Assembly (NCBI GenBank): GCA_963726245.1
Contig: CAVSBT010000030.1
Location: 1-64,000 of the forward strand
Reading direction: 5' to 3'
Source: an uncultured Chloroflexia bacterium
GTDB taxonomy: Bacteria; Chloroflexota; Dehalococcoidia; DSTF01; JALHUB01
Length of the DNA stretch: 64,000 nt
The position numbers and the translations under genes are program-made. Shown piece by piece: positions 51,949 to 62,589 of the stretch; position 1 is the first letter of the stretch, and every line of letters starts with the position of its first letter. The notes beneath the pieces were generated by a model. It worked only from the letters and a program-made list of their open reading frames with translations, ran no database searches and had not been told where the DNA came from.

Positions 51949-52474
51949 CCCCAGCAACGACCGCCGTCGCAACGGCGGCGCCTTCCGCCAGGCGACCCTG
52001 GAGACACCCGTTCTCCGCGAAGGCACGCGCCCCTTCTGCCTGACGGCCACCCTGCACATCCATACCGGCGACGGCCCTCACTTCATCGACATCACCGACC
52101 AGGTGGAGGAGTTGCTGCAGCGCTCCGGCATGCGCACCGGGTTCGCGGTTGTCTTCTCCCGCCACACAACGGCCGCCATCCGCATCAATGAGAGCGAGCC
52201 CCTGTTGCTGCGCGACATGGAGCTCCTGCTGGAACGTGTGGCGCCGCGGGACAGCTACTACCACCACAACGACCTCACGACCCGCACCGTCAACCTGACG
52301 GAAGAAGAGGACATCAACGGCCACGCCCACTGCCGCCACCTCCTCATGGGGTCAAGCGAGGCGATCCCCGTGGTCGACGGCCGGCTCCACTTCGGTCGCT
52401 GGCAGCGCCTCTTCCTGGTAGAGCTGGACCGCCCACGGGACCGCGAAGTGGTGGTCCAGTTCGTGGGGGCCTAG
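51929..52474 (+). CDS. yjbQ: YjbQ/UPF0047 family protein
   Basis: DITDQV, HTTAAI.INE, YHHND, NGHAH, GRWQ..ELD..R. Confidence 0.9.
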   Translation: MLEPAANPSNDRRRNGGAFRQATLETPVLREGTRPFCLTATLHIHTGDGPHFIDITDQVEELLQRSGMRTGFAVVFSRHTTAAIRINESEPLLLRDMELLLERVAPRDSYYHHNDLTTRTVNLTEEEDINGHAHCRHLLMGSSEAIPVVDGRLHFGRWQRLFLVELDRPRDREVVVQFVGA

Positions 52475-52478
52475 CAGG

Positions 52479-54464
52479 GTGCTGAAGAAGCCGCCGCTCG
52501 CCCTTCGACACGCTCAGGACGAGCGGCTCCTGGATTCCGCTCGTGGTGACGCGGCGGCCGACAGCGCCGTCGCCCTCGATCACGCCATCGAGCGCGCCCA
52601 GGACTACTTGCTCCACCACCAGCACGCCGAAGGCTACTGGTGGGGCGAGCTGGAGTCGAACGTCACCATGGCCGCCGAGTACCTGCTCCTGACGCACTTC
52701 CTGGGGACAGGCGATCCGGAGCGCTGGCGGAAGCTCGCGGCCTATATGCGCCAGCACCAGCGCCCCGACGGCGCCTGGAGCGTCTGGTACGCGGGCCCTC
52801 CCGACCTCAATTGCACCGTCGAGGCCTACTTCGCCCTCAAGCTGGCCGGCGACGGGCCCGACGAGCCCCACATGCGCCGGGCCCGCGAGTTCGTTCTCTC
52901 CCAGGGCGGCATCGCCCGCAGCCGCGTCTTCACCCGCATCTGGCTCGCCCTCTTCGGCCAGTATGACTGGCGGGCCCTGCCGGTCATGCCGCCGGAGCTC
53001 ATGCTCCTGCCCAACTGGTTTCCGCTCAACATCTACGCCTTCGGTAGCTGGGCCCGCGCCACCATCGTCGCCCTTCTCGTGGTGATGACGCTGAAGCCGG
53101 TCTGCCCGCTGCCCCCCGGCGCCGGCGTCGACGAGCTCTACTGCGACCCGGCCGATCGTCGCCGGGCCGCCGTCCGCGCCGGCCGCCGCCCGTCCGCCTG
53201 GCGCAGCTTCTTCCTGGCTGCCGATCGGGCGCTCCACGTCCTGGAGCGCTGGCCCTGGAAGCCTCTGCGGGGCATGGCGCTGAGACGGGCGGAGCGCTGG
53301 ATCGTGGAGCACCAGGAGGCCGATGGAAGCTGGGCCGGCATCCAGCCGCCCTGGGTCTACTCCCTCATGGCCCTCCACTGCCTGGGCTATGGGCTCGACC
53401 ACCCGGTCATGGCGCGAGGCCTCAAGGGGTGGGAGGGCTTCTCCCTGGAGGACGACGAGACCTTCCACGTCCAGCCGTGCATCTCGCCTGTGTGGGACAC
53501 AGCCCTGGCCGTCATCGCCCTTCGCGACGCGGGCCTTCCGCCGGACCACCCGGCTCTCCTCCAGGCGGGCCGCTGGCTGCTGGAGCGCCAGATCCTGGCG
53601 GGCGGCGACTGGCAGGTGAAGAGCCCAACGACGCCGCCCGGCGGCTGGCCCTTCGAGTTCGCCAACGACCGCTACCCGGACATCGACGACACGGCGGTGG
53701 TGATGATGGCGCTGCGTGGCCTGCCGCTGCCCGGAGCAGGACGCCCTAAAGGGAGCCCTGGACCGCGGCCTGGGCTGGCTGCTGGGCATGCAGAGTCGCA
53801 ACGGCGGTTGGGCCTCCTTCGACAAGGACAACACGCGGCGCTTCGTCACCCAGATCCCGTTCTGCGACTTCGGTGAGGTCATCGACCCGCCGAGCGAGGA
53901 CGTCACCGCCCATGTCGTCGAGCTGCTGGGCGCCTGGGGCTTCGACGCCAGGAGCCCGCCCTCCAGCGGGCCCTCGCCTACCTGTGGTCGACCCAGGACC
54001 CGGAGGGCGCCTGGTTCGGGCGCTGGGGCGTCAACTACGTCTACGGCGCCGGCGCCGTGCTGCCCGCCCTGGCCGCGACGGGCCACGACATGGGCGATGA
54101 GAGGGTGCGCAGGGCTGTGCGCTGGCTGGAAGCGCACCAGAACAGCGATGGCGGCTGGGGCGAGGCCTGCGAATCGTACTTGGACGAGACCATGCGCGGC
54201 CGCGGTCCCAGCACCGCCTCCCAGACCGCCTGGGCGCTGCTCGCCCTGCTGGCGGCGGGCGAAGAGGCCGGCGAGGCCGCCCGGCGCGGCGTCGACTACC
54301 TGGTCCGCACTCAGGCCGAGGACGGCTCGTGGGAGGAGCCTCACTTCACCGGCACCGGCTTCCCCGCCGACTTCATGCTCAAGTACCACATGTACCGCGT
54401 CTACTTCCCCCTCATGGCCCTGGGGCGCTACCGGCGTCTCAGAGCGAGCGCACCCGCCCGATGA
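52479..54464 (+). CDS. shc: Squalene-hopene cyclase (frameshifts near 53735 and 53950; start uncertain)
   Basis: QHAEGYW, RVFTRIWLA, GIQPP, SPVWDT, YPDIDDTA (DXDD), WFGRWGVNY, QW repeats, TGTGFP..Y.MY..YFP. Confidence 0.95.
52493..52527. repeat. CCCTTCGACA..CTCAGG-type palindromic repeat
   Basis: GCCGCTCG-CCCTTCGACACGCTCAGGA-CGAGCGGC stem-loop at the 5' end of shc. Confidence 0.55.
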
Positions 54465-55392
54465 TCGAGCCCGCGTCGGCCGACCTGCTGGCGAGCGAGC
54501 GCCCTCCTGCACCCGGAGGTGGCCGCCCAGGCGGAAGGCATGAGCGCCGCCGAGGCCTTCGAGTACTGCCGCCGGTACGCCTCCTCGCACTATGAGAACT
54601 TCACGGTCGTCTCCTGGTTCCTGCCGCGACGCCTGCGCCCTCATTTCTTCGCCCTCTACGCCTACTGCCGCTTCGTCGACGACCTGGGTGACGAGGCGAC
54701 CGGCGACCGCCTGGCGCTCCTCGACGAATGGGAGGCGGCGCTCCGCCGCTGCTACGAGGGCCGGCCGCAGCACCCCATCCTGGTGGCGCTGGCCGAGACG
54801 GTGCGGCGAGCACGCCGTCCCCATCGAGCCCTTCCTGCGCCTCATCGAGGCCAACCGCATGGACCAGCGCATCCATCGCTACGCCACCTACGACGACCTC
54901 CTGCGCTACTGCCAGCACTCCGCGAACCCGGTGGGCCGCCTGGTCCTTCACCTCATGGGCTACACCGACGAGGAGCGCCGCCGCCTCTCGGACTGCACCT
55001 GCACCGCCCTCCAGCTCACCAACTTCTGGCAGGACGTGGCACGGGACCTCGAGAAGGGACGCATCTACATCCCGCTGGAGGACATGGCCCGATGCGGCTA
55101 CCCGGAGGAGCGGCTCCTGACGCGGGTGGTCAATGATGCGTTCCGCCGCCTGATGGCCCTGGAGGTGGAGCGCGCCCGGCGCCTCTTCGAGGAAGGGCGC
55201 CGCCTCGAAGACCTGGTGGACCGGCGGTTCCAGGTCGACCTGCGGCTCTTCCGCCTGGGAGGCGAACGCATTCTGCGGGCCATCGAGAGACAGGGCTACG
55301 ATGTGCTTCACCGCCGGCCCTCGCTGTCGAAGGGTGAAAAGCTATGGCTCATGTTGACTACGGTCGCACGACAGGCTCTGCCGCTGCGGTAG
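54461..55392 (+). CDS. hpnC: Hydroxysqualene synthase HpnC (frameshifted)
   Basis: HYENFTVVS, RFVDDLGDE, YC..SANPVGRLVL, LQLTNFWQDV..D..GRIYIP. Confidence 0.92.
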
Positions 55393-56288
55393 GCGTCCCT
55401 TCCTCCGGCCCCGTAGCCTCACCCGCGGAGGTGGAACGCGCCTATCGATCCTGCCAGGACTACACCAGGAGCCGCGCCAAGAACTTCTACTACGCCTTCG
55501 CCGCGCTGCCGCCCGCTAAGCGGAGGGCCATCTATGCCGCCTACGCCTTCGCCGGGCAGGTGGACGACGTAACCGACGGCGACGCGTCTCTGGAAGCCAA
55601 GACGTGCGAGCTGGCTGAGTACAGGCGGCGTCTGGACGGCTGCTACCACGGACACCGCCAGGAGCCCTTGTTCGTCGCCCTCGGTAACGCGGCCGACCGC
55701 TTCTCCCTACCACGCGAGCACTTCGAGGAGCTGGTCAACGGTGTGGAGATGGACCTCACCACCTACCGCTACCGCACCTTCGACGAGCTCCGCCCGTACT
55801 GCTATCGCGTAGCCTCCGTGGTCGGGCTCATCTGCATCCAGGTCTTCGGCCACCGGCCGCACCCGCGGGCCAGGGAGTTCGCGACGGACATGGGCATCGC
55901 CCTGCAGCTCACCAACATCATGCGTGACGTGAGAGAAGATGCGGAGCGCGGCCGCATCTACCTGCCTTTGGATGAGCTGGACCGCTTCGGCTACAGCGAA
56001 GCGCAGCTCCTGAGAGGCGACTACAACGAGGCCTTCCGCCGGCTCATGGCCTTCCAGGCGGGGCGCGCCCGTGGCCACTTCGCGAGCGGGCGGCTGCTGC
56101 TGCCTCTGCTCTCGATGCGCTCCCGCGTCTGCATCAACGTGCTCCAGGGGGTTTACTTCGAGATCCTCCGTCGCATCGAAGAGCGGCGGTACGACGTGTT
56201 CTCGGAGCGGGTCAGCTTCTCGGATCGCGAGAAGCTGACGCTGATTGGGAAGCTATGGTTGCAGGCCTTGAGGCCCCGCGCGGCATAG
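55344..56288 (+). CDS. hpnD: Presqualene diphosphate synthase HpnD
   Basis: AKNFYYAF, VDDVTD, YCYRVASVVG, ALQLTNIMRDVREDAERGRIYLP; between hpnC and hpnE. Confidence 0.9.
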   Translation: MAHVDYGRTTGSAAAVGVPSSGPVASPAEVERAYRSCQDYTRSRAKNFYYAFAALPPAKRRAIYAAYAFAGQVDDVTDGDASLEAKTCELAEYRRRLDGCYHGHRQEPLFVALGNAADRFSLPREHFEELVNGVEMDLTTYRYRTFDELRPYCYRVASVVGLICIQVFGHRPHPRAREFATDMGIALQLTNIMRDVREDAERGRIYLPLDELDRFGYSEAQLLRGDYNEAFRRLMAFQAGRARGHFASGRLLLPLLSMRSRVCINVLQGVYFEILRRIEERRYDVFSERVSFSDREKLTLIGKLWLQALRPRAA

Positions 56289-57664
56289 GCCGCCGGGTCG
56301 CGATAGTCGGGGCGGGCCTGGCCGGTCTCGCCGCCGCCTGTGAGCTGGCGGAGCGCGGCTTCGCCGTCACGCTGTTGGAGAGACGGCCCTTCGCGGGCGG
56401 CAAGACCTACTCGTTCGTCCATCCCGCCAACGGAGTCGAGGTGGACAACGGCCAGCACGTTGTCCTCAACTGCTGCACCGCCTACGGCGATTTTCTCCGT
56501 CGCCTGGGGCAGTCTGAGGCCATCCGTCGCCAGCGCCGCCTCGACGTGGTGGTTATTTCTAGAGGGCGGGCGGCCCGCCTAGCCGCCCGAGCCCTGGCCG
56601 GCGCCGTTCCATCTCCTGTCCTCGCTTGCCGGCTACCGGCATCTGAGCCCGCGTCAGCGGCTGCGGGCCGTCCGGGGAGCGCTGCACATGCTGCGTACCG
56701 ACGAGAGGACGCCCGGCCTGGACGACGAACCCTTCGCCGCCTGGCTCCTCCGCCATGGCCAGACCCCAGAGGTGATGCAGCGGCTATGGGACGTCATCGT
56801 AGTCGCCACGCTGAACGGGCGCTGTGAGGAGGTGAGCGCGGCCGCCGCCCTCATGGTGCTGAGGACCGGCTTCCTGCGTTCGGCCACCGGCGGCGGCATC
56901 GGCGTGCCCCGCGTCGCACTCTCTGCTCTGCACGTCGAGCCAGCCCTCCGCTACCTCCGGCAGCGCGGTGCCCAGGTCCTGACCCACGCCGCCGTTCGGG
57001 CGGTCCACGTCGAGGATGGCGCCGTGGTTGGGCTGTCGCTGGCGGACGGCGCCGCCATCGAAGCCGACGCCTACGTATTGGCGACGCCGCCCTCCGCCAC
57101 GCGTCGACCTCCTGCCTCAGCCCTGGCGCGAGCACCCCCTCTTCGAGTCCATCGGACGAATACGCAGCGCGCCCATCGTCAACGTCCACCTGTGGTACGA
57201 AAGGCCCGTGATGGACCTCCCATTCGCCGCCTTCCTTGACGAAGACCTCCAGTGGGCCTTCAACACCTCCCTGCTGCGCGGCGAGAAGTCTGCCGGTCAT
57301 CACCTGACCCTGTCTCTCAGCGCGGCCCAACGCTACATGGGCCTGGAGAAGAGGGAGATCGTCGAGAGGCTCACCGCCGCCCTCGGCCGCGTCTTCCCTG
57401 CCGCCCGTGGGAACGAGGTCGTACAGGCGGCGGTCATCAAGGAGCCAGAGGCGACCTTCCTAGCCGGAGCCCGGAGCGGGCCGGCGGAGACCGGGGCCCG
57501 TAACGCCCATCGCCGGCCTCTTCCTGGCCGGCGCCTGGACCGATACGGGCTGGCCCGCCACCATGGAGAGCGCCGTCCGCAGCGGCATGGCATGCGCCCA
57601 GGCCGTCGGCGAGCGGCTCAGCGCCGCCGGCCGGCCGGTTCGGGTGGCGGCTGCCGCCGTCTAG
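56255..57664 (+). CDS. hpnE: Hydroxysqualene dehydroxylase HpnE (frameshifted)
   Basis: IVGAGLAG, GGKTYSF, DNGQHV, PIVNVHLW, EATF, LAGAWTDTGWPATMESAVRSG. Confidence 0.92.
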
Positions 57665-57678
57665 ATAGGGAGATTGGC

Positions 57679-58693
57679 ATGCCGGTGCCCCTGGCTCAAA
57701 GCGCCGCGCTCGGCGCCTACCTGGTGAAGAAGCGCCTGGCCGGACAGAAGCGGTTTCCCCTGGTCCTGATGCTGGAGCCTCTCTACCGCTGCAACCTGGC
57801 CTGCGCCGGCTGCGGCAAGATCCAGCACCCGGAGCCCGTACTGAACACCATGCTCTCGCCGGAGGAGTGCTTGCGGGCGGCCGAGGAGTGCGGCGCGCCC
57901 GTGGTCTCGATCGCCGGCGGCGAGCCGCTCATCCACCCGCAGATCGATGAGATCGTCGCCGGCCTGGTGGGACGGAAGCGCTTCGTGTACCTCTGCACCA
58001 ACGCCCTTCTTCTGGAGCGCTCGTTGCCGAAACTGAAGCCGTCTTCTTACCTGACCGTCGGCGTGCACCTGGACGGACCCCGCGAGCTGCACGACGCCAT
58101 GGTCCGCCGAGACGGCGTCTTCGACAAGGCGGTGCGCGCCATTCGCGCCGCCAAAGAGGCCGGCCTGCGGGTGAGCACCAACACCACCATCTACACCCAC
58201 AGCTCGCCGGAGCAGATAGCGACGTTCTTCAACTTCCTGATGGGCCTGGGCGTGGACGGCCTCATGCTCTCGCCCGCCTACGACTACCCGGAGGCGGCAG
58301 ATCAGTCCGCCTTCCTGACGCGCCATCAGATGGTCGAGACGTTTCAACGGATCTTCGCTCAACAAGACCACGGCCGCTGGCGCTTTGAGCACACGCCCCT
58401 CTTCCTGGAGTTCTTGCAGGGGAAGCAGTCCCTCCAGTGCACCGCCTGGGGGAATCCCACCCGCAGCGTCCTGGGCTGGCAGCGCCCCTGCTACCTGATC
58501 GCCGACGGCTACGCCAGCCAGCTTCGAAGAACTGATGGAGGACACAGAGTGGGAGCGCTACGGCCGCGGCCGCGACCCGCGCTGCGCCAACTGCATGATG
58601 CACTGCGGCTACGAGCCCTCGGCGGTGCGGGCTACGTCCTCCAGCCTCCCGAAGATGGTCCGCGCTGCCCGCTTCGCGCTGACCGGGAGGTGA
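57679..58693 (+). CDS. hpnH: Adenosyl-hopene transferase HpnH (radical SAM; frameshift near 58515)
   Basis: PLVLMLEPLYRCNLACAGCGKI, CTAWGNPT..GWQRPCYL, CANCMMHCGYEP. Confidence 0.93.
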
Positions 58694-59505
58694 GCGACGC
58701 GCGAGCAGCCGGTGTCGCTGGCGATCCTGGCGGCTCTTCCCGCCGAGGCGCGGGCTTTGCGCCGCGCCCTCTCCCAGGTTGCGCCTTCAGCCAGCGACGC
58801 CGGCGTCTTCGAGGGCCGCATCGCCGGGCAGCGGGTGGTGGTGGGCGCCGGCGGTGTGGGCCGGGCTCCCACCGAGGCGATGGCCCGCTTTACTGCTCCG
58901 AGACCTATCGCCCGCGGGTCATGCTCGTCGCCGGCGTGGCGGGGGCGCTGGACCCCGCCCTCGACAGGGGCCAGACAGTCGTCTCGCCGCGAGTGCGTCA
59001 CCTCGAAGGTCCCCATCACGAGGACCATGGTGGCGAAGTCGATGACATACGCTGCGATGAGGGCCTCGTCCAGACCGCCTTGCAGGCGCTGCGCAAGGCC
59101 GGCGTCGCCTGTGCCCTCTCCGACTGCGCGACCGTAGACGTGGCACTTACCACCGTTCGCGAGAAGGCCGAGGCCTGGGACCGTCTCGGCGCCGGCATCG
59201 TCGACATGGAGGCCTACTGGGCCGGCCTGGCGGCTCGCGAGCACGGGGTGCCGTTCCTGGCCGTTCGCGTTGTCCTGGACCTGGCGAGCGAGCGCCTTCC
59301 CGCCTTCACCCGCGAGTGGCGCGGCCCCAGGGACTCCCCAAGGCTGGTCCGGCGCTGGCTGCTCCGGCCCTGGGAGGTGGTCGAGGCTCTGGTGCTCCGA
59401 CGCCGCCTGGCGCAGGCGCTGCGGGCGCTCGAGCTGGCAATCGCGGCCCTCGCGCCCGCGCTGGCCTCAGCCCGCGCAGGCGAGGAAAGCGAGGCGAAAC
59501 TCTAA
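58690..59505 (+). CDS. hpnG: Hopanoid-associated nucleoside phosphorylase HpnG-like (frameshifted)
   Basis: AALPAE, GGVG, GVAGALDP, VDME, RVVLD (MTAN/PNP fold); follows hpnH. Confidence 0.8.
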   Translation: MSDARAAGVAGDPGGSSRRGAGFAPRPLPGCAFSQRRRRLRGPHRRAAGGGGRRRCGPGSHRGDGPLYCSETYRPRVMLVAGVAGALDPALDRGQTVVSPRVRHLEGPHHEDHGGEVDDIRCDEGLVQTALQALRKAGVACALSDCATVDVALTTVREKAEAWDRLGAGIVDMEAYWAGLAAREHGVPFLAVRVVLDLASERLPAFTREWRGPRDSPRLVRRWLLRPWEVVEALVLRRRLAQALRALELAIAALAPALASARAGEESEAKL

Positions 59506-59517
59506 CTAGAGACTGCG

Positions 59518-62400
59518 TCACAGGTCCAGCCGGAACCCCTGGCCGCGAACCGTGACTATCAGCTCCCTGGCGGCGCCCGCCGCCCGCAGCCTCTCGCGGA
59601 CGCGGTGCACCAGCGAGTCGACGGCTTCCTCCGAGACGCCGGCGGCCTCCACCCCCGGCCAGACGCGGCGAATGATCTCCTCCCTCGTGCATAGCCTGCC
59701 CGCCTTCTCGTACAGGTGGGCGAGCAGTTCGTACTGCTCCCTCGACAAGGATGGCGTGACCTCTCGGCCCCTCACGAAGAGACGGTGCGTGGCGAGGTCC
59801 AGCCGCAGCTCCTCTTCGACTGCGACCGGGCTGTCCTGTTCGGCGGGAGCCGCCCGCTCTAGCGCCCCGACGGCGACCCCCGCCGGCTCACGATGCCGCC
59901 GCCCGTTGTAGAAGACCAGGGCCACGCCTGCGGCGACCGCCATGAGCGCGGCGACGGTGGCCAGCGAGACACCCAGCGGGACCGGGAACCCTCCCCCTGC
60001 ACCACCACCGGCGCCGGCCTCAGGAGAGGAGACGGCCGTGCCGGCCCCGGTCCCGGACGGGAGCACGGAGATGGGCTCGGGCGCCGCCCAGTCGAGATCC
60101 CCGCTCTTCACTGTCACCTGCACTTGGCCTGAGCGAGGGGAGGTCAACTTAGCGGTCGCTATGCCATCGATGGTCAGGGCGGCGACCTCCTGGAGGGCGC
60201 CATCCGGCATCTGAAAGCTGAAGGTCACTTTCGTGTCGTTTGGAACCCGGTGTCCGTTGCCAGCCGCCAGCGGCTGCGCCAGCGACACGGCGAACTGCTG
60301 CCCGGCCACCGGCTGGCTGGGGTCGACCGTGAGCTGAAGGTGCTGGGAGGGGTCAGCCTTCACCTGCTCGTTCAGGTCATAAAGGACGTAATCGTTGTAG
60401 ACGTAGTCGACGGGCAGGCTGCCGTGGCCAGCGCCGGTGCGGAAGATGGTCGGGTCCTGGAAGAGGGCCCGCAGGGATACCCTCAAAGACGGCTCTGTCT
60501 TGCTGTACAGGGCGATGAACAGGTCGACGTTTCGAAGCTCGCCGGCGTCCAGGTGATAGGGCGAGTTGTAGGCGAAGACAACGACCTTCTTGCTGCGCAG
60601 GTCGAAGAGCGACGGGCCCCTTCCCAGGAAGTCCTTCAAGACCTCTGAATCGGGAAAGCGACTCGGATCGCGCTCCAGGAAGGCGAAGACCAGCCAGTCG
60701 GCCTCCTCCACCGCCTTTCTCACTTCAGCGTCCCCCGTCCCTCTCAGGACGCTCCCCAGCTCGCTGAAGCTGATCGTCCTCAGACTGTCCTGCGAAACGC
60801 GGCCCGGGAACATCTCGGCGACCAGGCCGGCGAGCTTGCCTCGGGGCCAGAGGGGCCGGTAGCCGACGAGGTCCGAGGGCGCGGAGCACGTTGGGTCATC
60901 CCAGCACTCGACGAACAGGATCTTCTGGCCGAGGGTTGGCGCGGGCAGCGTCCTCCTGAACTCCTCCACGGCTGGCGGGACGGATGAACGTGAGAGCTCT
61001 TTCGGCAATCGACTCCACTTTGGCTGCGCTGTCTGCCAGTCCCACGGCGGCGGGCCCGCTGGTGGCGGCCGTGACCACCGCCGGCTGCAAGCCCTGGTAT
61101 AGGCGCTGCTTGAGAGAGAGGACCCGCCGTGCAGCGTCATCGACTCGCTCTCGCACCTGCGCCGTCCGCCTCGTACCGGCTCACCAGGTAGTCGACGGTC
61201 GCCGGGAGGTCTTGCCACTGCCAGGGCCGGATCAGCGGCAGGATGTCATTGCCCGCCATCAGGGCCTCCAGCGCCACGTCGCCCTGCCGGTACGTCCCGA
61301 ACTTGTTCAGCGCATAGGCCTGCACCGCGCCCGCCGCCAGGTCGTCGGCCACGGTGAGGCCGCCGGCCTCACGCCAGGCGGCGAAGTCCGGCAATCCCAT
61401 GAAGGTCTGCATGCAACTGGGGCTGAACGTCACGGGCGTCCGGCCGTCGCAGCCGGCGACGCCGGGGTAGCTCAGGTGGGAGTTCATGATTCCGTCGGTG
61501 ACGCCGGGGTCTCCGGGCTTGCCCCGCGAAACGGCGGCGAAGGGCGCCAGGTCCACCTGCGCCAGCTCCTCCAGCGTCTTCCCCACGACGATGGGGACGT
61601 CCTCGTAGTCGACCTGCCGCGTGCTGCGGCCGTGGCCGGGGAAGTGCTTGGCCACCGTCGCCAGCCGCCCTCCTCCGCACTTCTCCACGCCCCGCGTATA
61701 GGCGGCGCCCATCTCCCCCACCCAGCGGGGGTCGCCGCCGAAGACGCGAATCCCCTGGTCGCCGGGGCCGCCCGACCGGGGCGAGTCGAGCACGTCCAGG
61801 TCGGGACCGAAGAGCATGTTGACGCCGACGGCAGCCAGCTCCTGCCCAACGATGCAGCCCACCGTCTCGGCCTGACTCGGGTCGAAGGTGGCTCCGATGG
61901 CCATGTTGCTGGGGATAGGCGTGAAGCGGTTCAAGAGCCGGGTGGAGGGACGGCCGTCACCCTCGTGGTCGATGGTGACGAACAGCGGCAGGCAGTAGGC
62001 CGTGCCCCCCGCGGTGCCCGCAGAGGCCTCACAGGCCGCCTGCTGCAACTGCTGGGTAAGACCCGCCACCTGCGACGGCGTGTCAGGGTCGCTGTCCTGT
62101 CGGGAAGTCGCAGTGGACGGGGTCGTCGGCGGTCCCGTTCACTATGTTGCAGTTCTCCGGGCTGAGGTAGACGCCTCCCACCTTGTTCTCGGCGATGAAC
62201 GCGCGGGCCTCGGGGCTCAGCTCCGGGCCCTGGAACCCCACGACAAATAGCTGCTCCACCTTCTCCCGCGGGCTCAAGGACTGGAGGAGCATATTGACGA
62301 GGTCGGCTTGCGCCGGGGTAGGCTGCTGAGCGAGAGCCGGTGGGCTTCCCAGGGATGCAGCGACGAGCACCAGCGCCAGCAGGAACAGTCGTGTTCTCAC
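59518..62400 (-). CDS. Signal peptide + GH3 (NagZ-like) + Ig-like + TM + OmpR-type winged-helix protein (frameshifts near 62085, 61160, 60980)
   Basis: MRTRLFLLALVLV signal; EKVEQLFVVGF, VGGVYL, TIDHEG, GPDLDV, RVFG, KHFPGHG, ADDL, AGND; TM near 59910-59985 followed by RRHR; wHTH LSREQYELL..TVRGQGFRL. Confidence 0.85.
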
Positions 62401-62589
62401 GCCGCGAGTATAGCGCAGCCCCACAGCGGCGAATAGCCGCCCAGCGAACGGCATATCGCAAGACAAGCGCAAGGAAACCACGCTTGAAAAGGCGAATTTG
62501 CGTCAAGCAAGGAGGCCGCCCCAAGAACATGATGAGCCCTGGACGGGGGCTCCGGTAGCGTCCGCCGCTCGGTTGAAGGGAGAAGCGCA

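Noticed and set aside
57016-59505. 829-aa HpnE-HpnH-HpnG fusion ORF
   Set aside because: Each protein's true terminus is in another frame with its own stop (57664, 58693); frameshift artefact.
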